A stretch of DNA of 64,000 bases, taken from NCBI GenBank assembly GCA_963785045.1, contig CAWAUC010000020.1:277661-341660 (forward strand). Reading direction: 5' to 3'. Every line of letters starts with the position of its first letter. The first letter of the stretch is position 1. The DNA is from an uncultured delta proteobacterium. GTDB taxonomy: Bacteria; Desulfobacterota; Desulfobacteria; Desulfobacterales; SpSt-501. The notes under the pieces are model-generated. The model was not told the DNA's origin. It saw nothing but the letters and a program-made list of their open reading frames with translations, and did not search any database. Positions 18,627 through 28,700 of this stretch are shown here, one piece after another. Position numbers and translations under genes: made by a program.

Positions 18627-18882
18627 TTTTCCGTCAGACGCCAGAATTTCAAGGGGGGGTACAAATTGTACCCCAGTAGGAATTCAGTTCAGAATTGCGC
18701 TGTCTCATTTTCTTGATATATTGCTTCGGGTCGGAACTATCAGTTAACACTCCACGACATCCGAGACCGAAAACCACCACTTATCCTGGTGAAGCACCTT
18801 TCTGATTCCCTTACCTTGGAATACAGCTATTTTCGTCTCCATCATTCCTCCCATCTACCCAGTGCAACCTTCTTATCGCTGC

Positions 18883-19885
18883 CTAAGACAAAACGCGCCT
18901 TTCACTAGATGCGATGGATCGCCGCGAGGGTTTCAGCTCGCGCAGGTGCTGCACTACCAGCCCCTCCAGCGCCGCCCCTTCAAAGCCCCCGCGCACATCG
19001 ACGGGGCCCTTGGGCCGCAGGGTGCGGAAGACCCCGACGTCGAAGAAATAGAACTTCGGATGGGGGCCGTCTGGCGTTTGGCACGCCGGGTAAAGATCGG
19101 CACCCGGAACCCCAGGAGCAAATCTTCAAAGATCTCCACATAAGCGGCGGCGGTCTTCCGCTCGATCTGGCATTCGCGCGGACGTTGTTCACGCTTAGGA
19201 CAGCGCCGTGGACAGGCTGATGGATTCCAGAAAACGCGCGAAATTGCCTATGTTTCGGGCCCACCCCTCGAGTTGGACCTCCTGTTTCGAGGTAGAGAGC
19301 GGCATATCCGCGCAGCGTGTCCTCCGGATCGCCCGCGGCGACAACCAAGGGCAGCAGGCCGAAACGCAAGGCCTCGTCGAGACGAAACCGGGGGAGTTCC
19401 GCGGCCATGAACGGGTGCAGGGTCCCCGGCAGCACCCGACCGGCCAACAGGTCGACACCGCCGCGCCGGAGTTTCCGGGCGCTGGAGCCCGTGAGCACAA
19501 ACCGCAGCAATCCCGGCCGCTCCAAGACTTCGTGCGCCACATTGAGGAGCCCGCACCCGCTGGACTTCGTCGACGACAACGGTCCGCTTGCCGCTTAAAC
19601 CCAGGGCGATCTCCCGCAACCGCTCCGGCCGCGCCTGCAGCTCCCGATGACTTCGGGCTTCAGCAGATCGACAAAAACCCCATCGGGCAACTCATGGTGC
19701 AGCCACGTTGACTTCCCGGTGCCCCGCCGGCCGAAAAAAAGAAGACCTCCCACACCTTCCGTTATCACCTCTTGACCCCCTGCTTTTCTCACATCGACAG
19801 GTAACGCATTAAAACAAGACCGTCCCTGCCCCCCGCACCGTTTCAACGTCCGCTGCCGGGGCCTCTGTCGGGATAAGACCGACAC
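18883..19885 (-). pseudogene. AAA ATPase (AAA_14/DUF4143-type), multiply frameshifted and C-terminally truncated
   Basis: Pieces in at least 4 frames can be concatenated: LLFFGRRGTGKSTWL (Walker A), VVVDEVQRV (Walker B), FVLTGSSARKLRRGGVDLLAGR, AAAYVEIFEDLLLGFRVP, HPKFYFFDVG. Confidence 0.65.
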
Positions 19886-20009
19886 CTATTGTGACCAAAG
19901 TCCTACAGCAAAATCAGATAACGCCAAATTGAATTCATTCCGACCAGTGGTTACGATACCTGGGTATATCACCGAACCGGCGGAATCGTATCCGTGAGGA
20001 AGAGAGATC

Positions 20010-21290
20010 GTGGACACCAACGGCGAAAACCATGACACAAGAGCACAACCATCTGAGCAGCAAGCCGCCAACGCTGACCTCGATGAAAGCTTGGATTCCG
20101 AAAGCACTTCCCGACCGGGATTTCATCTGAAGTCTTTCAAGGCAGTTGTCCTGCTGGTAGTGGTTTTGTGTCTGGCTGCAGGCGGTGGCATTTACTGGTG
20201 GCGTTCGACGTTCTGGGTGTCCACCGACGATGCGCAGGTGGACGGCAATATTATTCCCGTCAGTGCGCGCATTTCCGGACACATCCTACATGTCAACGTC
20301 AAAGAGAACGATGCCGTCAAGGCGGACACCGTCCTGGTGGAAATCGATCCCTCCGACTACAAAATCGCCTACGAACGTGCGCGCGCGGCCTACGCCGACG
20401 CCGTTGCCAAGGCGCAAGCGGCAACTGTGAACGTACAGCTGGTGTCCACCGACACCGCCAGTGCGCTGTCTGAGGCCCGGGCCGCCTTTGACAATGCCCA
20501 AATCGGTGTCCAGGTAGCCCGAAAACAACTGACGGCTGCCGAAGCGGACCTCCGGGAAGCCGAGGCTCAAAACCAGAAAGCGCAGAAGGATTTCGAGCGA
20601 TTCAGGGTTTTGGTGAAGGACAAGGCCGTCTCCGTCCATACCTACGATCAGTATGCCGCGGCCGCCAAAACCGCGGCTGCAACTGTCGAAGCCGCCCGTG
20701 CCCATGTGAAGGCATTCAAGGAGCAGGTTCACCAGGCCGAGGGCCAGCTGGTGCAGGCCAAAGCACGCTTGCAGGCAGCCCGGAGCGGTCCCGACCAGGT
20801 CGCCGTTGCACGGGCGCAGGCTGAAAGCGCGGCAGCGACCGTCAAAGAGCTCAAAGCGGATCTGAACCAGGCGCGGCTCGATCTTACGTATACAAAAGTC
20901 GTCGCTCCGGTCAGCGGAATCGTCGGCCCGAAGCCCGTCGATGTCGGCCCGAACGTCCAGCCGGGCCAACTGCTCCTATACATCGTTCCGCTCGATGAGA
21001 TCTGGGTCACTGCTGATTTCCGAGAGACCGACCTGAGGCGCGTCAGGCCCGGGCAGCCGGCCAGGATTCATGTGGACACCTATGACCGGGATTACAACGG
21101 CCGTGTGGCGAGCATCGGGGGGGCCACCGGTGAGCAGTTCAGCCTGTTTCCGCCTGAAAACGCTACCGGCAACTACATCAAGGTCGTTCAACGGATCCCG
21201 GTCAAAATCGTTTTCGACAAAGGACAGGATCCCAAACACCTCCTGCGGCCGGGAATGTCGGTTGAAGTCGAGATAAGAGTGAAAAAATGA
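20010..21290 (+). CDS. HlyD-family membrane fusion protein (EmrA-like)
   Basis: One TM helix, then STDDAQVDGNIIPVSARISGHI, a long coiled-coil region, and LDLTYTKVVAPVSGIV. Its stop overlaps the start of the MFS gene. Confidence 0.85.
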   Translation: MDTNGENHDTRAQPSEQQAANADLDESLDSESTSRPGFHLKSFKAVVLLVVVLCLAAGGGIYWWRSTFWVSTDDAQVDGNIIPVSARISGHILHVNVKENDAVKADTVLVEIDPSDYKIAYERARAAYADAVAKAQAATVNVQLVSTDTASALSEARAAFDNAQIGVQVARKQLTAAEADLREAEAQNQKAQKDFERFRVLVKDKAVSVHTYDQYAAAAKTAAATVEAARAHVKAFKEQVHQAEGQLVQAKARLQAARSGPDQVAVARAQAESAAATVKELKADLNQARLDLTYTKVVAPVSGIVGPKPVDVGPNVQPGQLLLYIVPLDEIWVTADFRETDLRRVRPGQPARIHVDTYDRDYNGRVASIGGATGEQFSLFPPENATGNYIKVVQRIPVKIVFDKGQDPKHLLRPGMSVEVEIRVKK

Positions 21291-22870
21291 CGCGGGCCAA
21301 GGATTCCGACAACCGTCCTGAAGACCAATGGGAGCCTTCGGTCAACCCCTGGCTGATCACCCTGGCCGTGATGCTGGCCACATTTATGGAGGTCCTGGAC
21401 ACCTCCATCTCATCCGTCGCTCTGCCTCATATTGCCGGCAATCTTTCAGCCACTACCGACGAAGCCACCTGGGTGCTGACCAGCTACCTGGTTTCCAATG
21501 CCATCATCCTGCCGGCCAGCGCCTGGCTGAGCGGCTTTTTCGGCCGCAAGCGATTTCTCATGACCTGCGTGGTGATCTTTACGGTATCTTCCTTTGCTTG
21601 CGGGGCGGCCACCAGCCTCGGAATGCTCATCGCGGCGCGCGTCGTGCAGGGCGCCGGCGGCGGTGCCCTGCAGCCACTTTCTCAGGCCATCCTGCTGGAG
21701 AGCTTCCCACCGGAAAAGAGAGGCGCTGCCATGGCGGCATTTGCCCTCGGCGTGGTTGTGGCTCCGATTATCGGGCCCACCCTGGGAGGCTGGCTGACGG
21801 ACAACTACTCCTGGCGCTGGGCTTATTACATGAATCTGCCCGTGGGGGTCCTGGCGCTCGTGCTGATGCGAGTCTTCATCGAGGATCCGCCCTATATCAA
21901 GCAAGACAGGTCCAAGAAGATCGACATCATCGGTTTCGGGCTGATGGCCATCGGCCTGGCTGCTCTGCAGATCATGCTGGACAAAGGTCAACAAAAAGAC
22001 TGGTTCGCTTCGGACTGGATTCGGTTTCTGGCGGCAACGTGCGGGATCTCGCTGGCGGCCTTTATCATCTGGGAGCTTTATGTCGCAGAACCGATCGTGC
22101 ACCTGACGGTTTTCCGCAATCGGAATTTTCTGATAGGCACATCTTTGGTGGCCCTGCTGGGAGTTGTTCTGTATAGTGCCATCACCCTCCAGCCGCTCTT
22201 TTTGCAGACCCTGATGGGCTATACGGCGCTCGAGGCCGGTTGGGCGGTGAGCCCGCGGGGTGCCGGCGCCCTGATGGTCATGCCCATTATCGGATACCTT
22301 TCTTCGCGGTCCGACAGCCGCTTGCTGATCAGCGCCGGATTCGTCGTGCTCGGAGCTGCGATGTATATCTTCGGCAGCCTGAATCTGGAAATCTCGATAT
22401 GGGCCTTCGTCTGGCCCAGCTTTTGGACCGGCGTGGGCATCGGATGTGTTTTCGTACCGCTCGCAACCGTAACCATGGGAACCCTGCCCAAGCGTGAAAT
22501 GGGAAATGCCAGCGGTTTGTTTAATCTTCTGCGCAACATCGGCGGAAGCGCCGGGATTTCGATTCTCACCACGTTCCTGGCACGTGGCGCGCAGAGGGCG
22601 CAGGCGCTGCTCGTTTCAGATTTGACCCCCAGCGACCCCACCTATCAGTTGCGCTTGCATGAATTGCTCCAATACCTGCAGACTCACTTCGGTACGATCG
22701 AAGGGTTGCGCAAAGCCCTCGGCATGGTCAACCAGGCGCTCTTAAAGCAGTCCATGCTGGTCGCGTTTGTCAATGATTTCAGTTTGCTGGCTGTGATCTG
22801 CGCCGTTTGCATCCCCCTGGTTTTTATTCTCAAGCACGTCAAGGCCCAAGGCTCGGCTACGGTTCATTGA
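21287..22870 (+). CDS. DHA2-family MFS efflux transporter (EmrB/QacA-like, 14 TM)
   Basis: 527 aa with MFS motifs (FMEVLDTSI, GFFGRKRFL, VVQGAGGGAL). It is coupled to the EmrA-like gene. Confidence 0.85.
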   Translation: MTRAKDSDNRPEDQWEPSVNPWLITLAVMLATFMEVLDTSISSVALPHIAGNLSATTDEATWVLTSYLVSNAIILPASAWLSGFFGRKRFLMTCVVIFTVSSFACGAATSLGMLIAARVVQGAGGGALQPLSQAILLESFPPEKRGAAMAAFALGVVVAPIIGPTLGGWLTDNYSWRWAYYMNLPVGVLALVLMRVFIEDPPYIKQDRSKKIDIIGFGLMAIGLAALQIMLDKGQQKDWFASDWIRFLAATCGISLAAFIIWELYVAEPIVHLTVFRNRNFLIGTSLVALLGVVLYSAITLQPLFLQTLMGYTALEAGWAVSPRGAGALMVMPIIGYLSSRSDSRLLISAGFVVLGAAMYIFGSLNLEISIWAFVWPSFWTGVGIGCVFVPLATVTMGTLPKREMGNASGLFNLLRNIGGSAGISILTTFLARGAQRAQALLVSDLTPSDPTYQLRLHELLQYLQTHFGTIEGLRKALGMVNQALLKQSMLVAFVNDFSLLAVICAVCIPLVFILKHVKAQGSATVH

Positions 22871-22906
22871 CGCCAGGCAGTCGATCACCAGAAGATCACA
22901 GATGAA

Positions 22907-23378
22907 CTAATGATGTTCGCAAAGCCGCCTCAATTTCTCATCGAATGCCACTTCTTCACCCCGCCGGGTTTTCCCGTAAAACAATGCCCCCGCAGGGACG
23001 GAGAGCCCGGTCATCTCCTCCAGGCACATCGCCTGTGCGCAAAGCTGAACCCGGTCGCAATCCTTCTGTTTCGGGCGGCCGTGCTTGCGCTCGACCGGGA
23101 AGGGCATCCAGTTTCCGTCGCCATCGCGCTCAAACGCCACCACGTCCGCCTTGCCAACCAACCATAGCCGAAGTGAGCGAAGGGGCAGGCCAAAAACAGT
23201 TGCGCCCTGCTCGCGCTTCCGCTCCACCTTGGTCCACTTTTTCGTGCCCAATGCGCCCCTCCGCCGTCAGCCTGTTTTCCACCCACGCCTGCTCGATATG
23301 GATCAAAACACATTGGCGCGGGCAGAACAGCAAATGCTGAAGAGCGGATATCGGCAGAAGTTGGTCTTCATTGTACAT
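22907..23378 (-). pseudogene. cas4: CRISPR-associated exonuclease Cas4, frameshifted and 3'-truncated
   Basis: The N-terminal frame reads [48 protein letters not shown]. The second frame reads [20 protein letters not shown]...PVERKHGRPK...DRVQLCAQAMCLEEMTG...ALFYGKTRR. The C-terminal Fe-S cysteine cluster is missing. Confidence 0.75.
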
Positions 23379-23399
23379 GTCCGGAAAGCTCCAGTCCCA

Positions 23400-23878
23400 A
23401 AGGTGCGCTTTAAGGGGTTGTCGATGGCAACAAGTTGCTCCAAATGGGTATAGGATAATCTGGCAAGAAGGTTACACTCCGGGGTTTTCAATTTTGCGGT
23501 CACTGACCGCACTTTTGGCTCAGCCGCAGATTTGTGAGTCTCAGCGGGCTGCAGTTCCTTCAAATTCGCGGTCACTGACCGCGCAATTCCCGTATAAGTG
23601 CGGTAGAAGGCCAAATACCCATAAAGCTGACGTGCCCCGCTGCCGCTGATCGCGAATTTGCGCAACTCAGCCGAAAGCGCTCTAAGCAGTCCCTCTCCAT
23701 AAGCTGCACGGTCGGCACCGCTCAATTCGAATTCGGCGATATGACGACCGATCATCCAATTTCGCAAGGTCAGGCTGACATTGATTGCTTGGCCGGCTTG
23801 AGCCGCGCACTGCTCATGGGTCTTCCGAATAGCGTCAACCAAATCCGCGAAGCCCCGCCTATGCTTTTTGTCTCTCAT
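23400..23878 (-). pseudogene. DUF1016 (YhcG-like) protein, N-terminal remnant only
   Basis: QAINVSLTLRNWMIGRHIAEFEL...YGEGLLRALSAELRK...[20 protein letters not shown] resembles the N-terminal domain of YhcG-family proteins. The PD-(D/E)xK nuclease half is absent, and the ORF reads through into the cas4 region. Confidence 0.5.
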
Positions 23879-24306
23879 ACCCTATACTTTCCTTGGGCAT
23901 TCCAAACGATATGCCGACAGCCGAAGGGTTAGCTCTGTGTATCAACCTTCCCAGGCTACCTACTTTTGTAAAATCATTCTGCCATCTATGCGTTGCAATG
24001 AGAGATTTCCTCCCATTCACCCCGGCGAAATGGCCTCAACTTCAGCCGAATATTGCTGCACAGCAATACGGGCAAGTTTTTGAGCGTCCTTCGCCAGTGC
24101 TCCAATTTGTTTGACGAGATCATCTTTGCGTGATTTCGTTTCGCTTTTCATCTGCGCCCGATTCTTGTGCTTGGTTTTTCATTCCCTGTTGGCCCGGTTT
24201 TTGTCCGGATAAGGCGGCGATTTCATCCTTCACCGCATCTGCTAAACTTTTTTTGGCCTGTGTTCAGTTTGAACTTAATACGCCGTTTTGACAGATCCGG
24301 TCAAAG

Positions 24307-24765
24307 TTATTGCGAACGCTTCCGCAGGGGATGATCCGGCGGAAGTTTTTCCAGGAGTTCTTGTTGAAATTCACCGGCCCTTTTCCCTGCATCGTATTGC
24401 CACCGCGTTTTATCGTTCAAATGCCGCTGGCCTTTGATCTCAGAGTTCTGCAGGTAATCCGCCCAGCCACGCAATTGGCGCGAGCAATTCTCAGAAGTGG
24501 ATTTCAAATTTGAGATTTGAAATTGGCAAAGGCAGGTCGGCGTTCGATGAAGCACAGCATGGAACGAACTTCGCCGGCTGAGCCACGCGCAATATAGATA
24601 AAAGCCAAAAGTTCATTTGTGGTGCCGCGTTCGAAACCCTCGGCGATGTTGACCCTAACACACCTTTGTGACAGATCGGGTCTCAGTTGAAAAAAAATGA
24701 ACTTATGAGCGCCATGGCAGCATCGCTGTAAGATGCCGCTCCCGCAAGAACGATCAGATTTCATT
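24307..24765 (-). pseudogene. four-helix-bundle protein (23S rRNA intervening-sequence protein family), frameshifted
   Basis: The core block is NIAEGFERGTTNELLAFIYIARGSAGEVRSML. The reading frame breaks at an 8-nt homopolymer run (~24690) and again near 24510-24550, and then continues as SNLKSTSENCSRQLRGWADYLQ. Confidence 0.5.
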
Positions 24766-24837
24766 TCCCGCGCGCTGCTGATAATCCCCTGCCGCACGGC
24801 TTTGAAATGCGCGGTTCGATCATCCGGGGCGAGGCTA

Positions 24838-24945
24838 AAATTTGGGGGTCTGGGTGAGGTTAAATCGCTCGAAGTCGAAGGCCGACGGCTCGCCCGGGCC
24901 GCCGGAAAGTAGGTTCCGCAAGGGCTGCTTCAACCTCTCTGGGGT
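24838..24945 (-). pseudogene. DinB-family gene fragment (paralogous to 25260-25755)
   Basis: ERLKQPLRNLLSGGPGEPSAFDFERFNLTQTPKF aligns with ERSMHRLFTNILAGGPGAPPDFDFERFNLSQTRKY of the neighbouring DinB gene. DNA similarity is also visible. Confidence 0.45.
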
Positions 24946-25259
24946 CGCTGTTCATGATCACCCTGGAGCGTTTTCATTTTCTCCAGAAGTTTACCTGCAA
25001 GAATCTTGAAGTCCTTAAAAGCCTCTTGGACGGCTTGGGCGTGGCTGCCGATGGCTCCATCGGCGGGAGTGAGGTGAAAGATCGGTTTCCGGGCTTCCTG
25101 ACCCATTGGGATCAGGCTGCGACAATGCTTCAAGGTAGCAAGACAAGCGGGGTCTTGTAAAGGGGGGGGAGCGGTCGTGGAATCTTGAAGCACGGCATCG
25201 CGGCAAAATACCTTCCCCTAAGAGGGGCCCGGAGCTGCAAATGCACGCAGGTTCAGGCA

Positions 25260-25755
25260 TCAGAGGCTGCCGGTCGGGGTTTTCCCCAGTCTTTTACGGA
25301 TGTCCTCCTCGTGAATACGCACGTGCTCGTACGCCCAGCGGATGAAGCGGTCGAGCCGGCCGTGGCCGTGAAAGGCGTGCATGCCTTCGCGGTCGAGGTC
25401 CTCTTCCTTCATCTCGCGGACGATGCGGATGGTTTCTTGTCGCACCGCCTGGAAGCGTTCGATCAGCTCATCCAGCGTGAGGCCGTCGTATTTTCGGGTC
25501 TGGGAGAGGTTAAAGCGTTCGAAATCGAAATCCGGCGGCGCACCCGGCCCGCCGGCGAGGATGTTCGTGAAGAGCCTGTGCATCGACCGCTCGATGGCGG
25601 CGAAGTGGGCCAGCACCTGCTGCACCGTCCACTGCGCCCCGTCCTGGTAAAGCTGCGTCCGAAGCTCCTGCGGACTGAGGGATCTGAAAAAGCGACACGG
25701 TCTCCGTCAAGTTTTTTTCGAGCTCGGCTGAAATTGCATCCCTGCGATCCGTCAT
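25260..25755 (-). pseudogene. DinB-family (DinB_2) protein with one apparent frameshift
   Basis: The N-terminal frame is MTDRRDAISAELEKNLTETVSLF. After a T5 run (~25685) the sequence continues in another frame as RSLSPQELRTQLYQDGAQWTVQQVLAHFAAIERSMHRLF...HGHGRLDRFIRWAYEHVRIH. This could instead be a sequencing error. Confidence 0.6.
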
Positions 25756-25785
25756 GGCTGCTCCTTTGTCAATACTGGACATTCT

Positions 25786-28700
25786 TCACGAAATGTCCGG
25801 GTTCGGGGCCTGGCCGGCGGGCTCCACCTTGGCAGCGATAGGCTTGGAGCGGAATTTTTTCTGGAAGGAGTCCATGTAGAGATAGAAAACCGGCGTCACG
25901 AAGAGGGTCAGCATCTGGGAGAAGAGCAGCCCGCCCACCACGGCCAGGCCCAGCGGCTGGCGCGACTCGCCGCCGGCCCCCCAGCCGATCGCGATCGGCA
26001 GGGTGCCCACCAGGGCGGCGCAGGTGGTCATCATGATGGGTCTGAAACGTACGACACAAGCTTCGAAAATCGCCTCCATCGGCTGCTTGCGCTCGACCCG
26101 CTGGGCTTCAAGGGCGAAGTCGATCATGATGATGCCGTTTTTCTTGACCAGCCCCACCAGCAGAATCAGTCCCACAAAGGAATAGATGTCCAGTTGCGCC
26201 TTGAAGATCAAAAGTGTGACCAGCGCCCCCACCCCGGCGAGCGGCAGGGCCGAGAGGATGGTGAGGGGGTGGATGAAGCTCTCGTACAGGATTCCGAGCA
26301 CGATGTAGATCACCAAAATGGCGACCACCAGGAGCAGGCCCAGGTTGCGGATCGAGGACTCGAACACCTGGGCCGTGCCCTGGAAGTTTGCCGTGATGGT
26401 AGCCGGCAGCAGCTTGCGGGCCAGGGCGTTCAAGCTGGACACGGCATCTCCCAGGGCAAAACCGGGTCCCAAGTTGAAGGAGACGGTGACGGACGGCAGC
26501 TGGCCGCTGTGGTTGACGGTCAGGGGTCCGAAGCCCCGTGTGATTTTCACAACGGCATCGAGGGGCACCAGCGCGCCGTTGGAGGAGCGCACGTAGAGCA
26601 GGGAGAGAACCGAGGCATCGAGCTGGTACTCGGGCTTCAGCTCCAAAATCACCTGAAACTGGTTGGTGTCGGCGAAGATCGTGGAGATCTGACGCGTGCC
26701 GTAAGCGCTGTAGAGGGCGTCCTCGATCTGCGTTGCGCTGATGCCCAGCGAGGCCGCCTTGTCCCGGTCGATATCGATGTTGATCTGGGGGTTTTTGATC
26801 TGCAGGTCGGTCGTCACGTCCTGGAAGCCGGGCAGCGCCTGAATGCCGGCGGCCAGCTGCGGGGCTACGCGGTAAAGTTCGCCCACATCCGGGCCCTGCA
26901 GCGTGTACTGGTACTGGCTCTTGCTCAGCCGCCCGCCCAGCGAAATGGCCGGCGGGTTCTGCAGGAAGGCTCGGATTCCGGGCACCTGGGACATCTTCTG
27001 CCGCAGCCGTTGGACGATCTCGTCGGCCGACAGCTTGCGCTCCGCGCGGGGCTTGAGCCGGATGACCAGAACACCGCTGTTGCTGCCGGTGATGCTGCCG
27101 GCGCGGGCGCCGGCACTGGACATGAACGCCGCGACGTTTGGCTCCTGCTGGGTGATCGCCCCGAGTTCCTGCTGCTGGCGTTTCATGGCATCCCAGGAGA
27201 TGCCCTCCGCGGCCTCGGTCAGACCGTAGATCAGCGATCGGTCCTCATTGGGGATGAACCCCTTGGGCACCACCCGAAACAGCCAGACCGTGGCGGCCAG
27301 GACCAGCACCAGAAAGACCATGGTGAGGCGGCGATGCTCCAGAAACCAGCGCAGGCTGTGCTTGTACAGCCCCAGCATCCCGTCGTAGATCTTTTCGGAG
27401 GCTTCGTAGAGCCTGCCCGGAGGCTTTTCTGCATGCGGGCGAAGGAAACGGCTGCAGAGCATGGGCGTGAGAGTGAGGGAAATTATCCCTGAAATGAGAA
27501 TCGCCACACCGATGGTGACGGCGAACTCGCTGAAGAGCCGGCCCAGGATGCCGCCCATGAACAGGATGGGGATGAAAACCGCCACGAGCGATAGCGTCAT
27601 GGACACGATGGTGAAGCCGATTTCTCTGGATCCGTTCAGAGCCGCCTTGACCGGCCCTTCGCCCATCTCGATGTGCCGGACGATGTTCTCCAGCATGACG
27701 ATGGCATCATCCACGACGAAGCCGACCGCCAGGATCAACGCCATGAGCGACAGGTTGTCGATGTTGAATCCCAGCAGGTACATCACCATGAAGGCGCCCA
27801 CCACGGACATCGGCATCGCCAGGCTGGGGATCAACGTATAGGACAGCCGTCGCAGGAAAAGGAAGATGACCAGTACTACGAGCGCCAGCGTGAACAGAAG
27901 GGTGAACTGCACGTCGTGCACCGACTCCCGGATGGAGGTCGAGGAGTCATACAAAATATTGAGGGAGACCGAGGCGGGCAGCTGGGCCTGAAACACCGGC
28001 AAAAGCTTTTTGATCGCCGAGGCCACCTCCACCGTGTTGGTCCCCGGCTGGCGCTGCACCGCCAGGATGATGGCACGCTGGTCGCCGGACCACGCCGCGG
28101 TCTTGTCGTTCTCGACGCTGTCGAAGACGACGCCGAGGTCGCCCAGCCTCACCGGCCGGCCGTCGCGGTAAGTGACGATGATGGAACGGTAGGGTTGGGC
28201 TTCCAGGAGCTGGCCGCTCGCTTGGACGGTGAAGGCCTGCTGGGGGCCATAGAGGGTTCCGGTGGGCAGGTTGACGTTGGCCTGGCTCACGGCGTCGGCC
28301 ACTTGATCGATCCCGATGCCGCGGGCGGCCATCTCCTTGGGGTCGAGCTGGATGCGCACCGCGAATTTCTGGGCCCCGTACACCTGCACCTGGGCGACCC
28401 CGCTGACCATCGAGATGCGTTGGGCCATCAGGGTTTCGCCGTATTCGTCCAACGTGTAGAGCGGAAGCGTGGGCGAGGTCAAGGCAATGCGCAAAATCGA
28501 CTGTTCGGCCGGGTTGACCTTGCGGAAGTACGGCGGAACGGGCATGTCCTTGGGCAGATTGCGGGCCGCGCGCGCGATGGCGACTTGCACGTCCTGGGCC
28601 GCGGCATCGATGTCGCGGTGCAGGGCGAACTGCAGCGTAACCTGGGTGCTGCCCAGGGAGCTGGTGGAGGTCATGGAATCCAAGCCGGCAATCGCCGAGA

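Noticed and set aside
18598-18700. A CRISPR array.
   Set aside because: Only one repeat unit is present. No second copy occurs within the expected spacing or anywhere else in the window, so I report it as an orphan repeat and not an array.
23480-23590. Two 15-bp palindromes, GCGGTCACTGACCGC, spaced ~76 bp apart.
   Set aside because: They lie inside the DUF1016 remnant and encode a duplicated peptide motif (RSVTA-LK) typical of that family's N-terminal region. They are probably coding repeats and not operators.
24930-25193. An 87-aa minus-strand ORF between the DinB fragment and the DinB gene.
   Set aside because: It has no recognisable motif and no clear RBS, and it lies in rearranged debris. 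It may be part of the decayed DinB paralog, but I cannot support a call.
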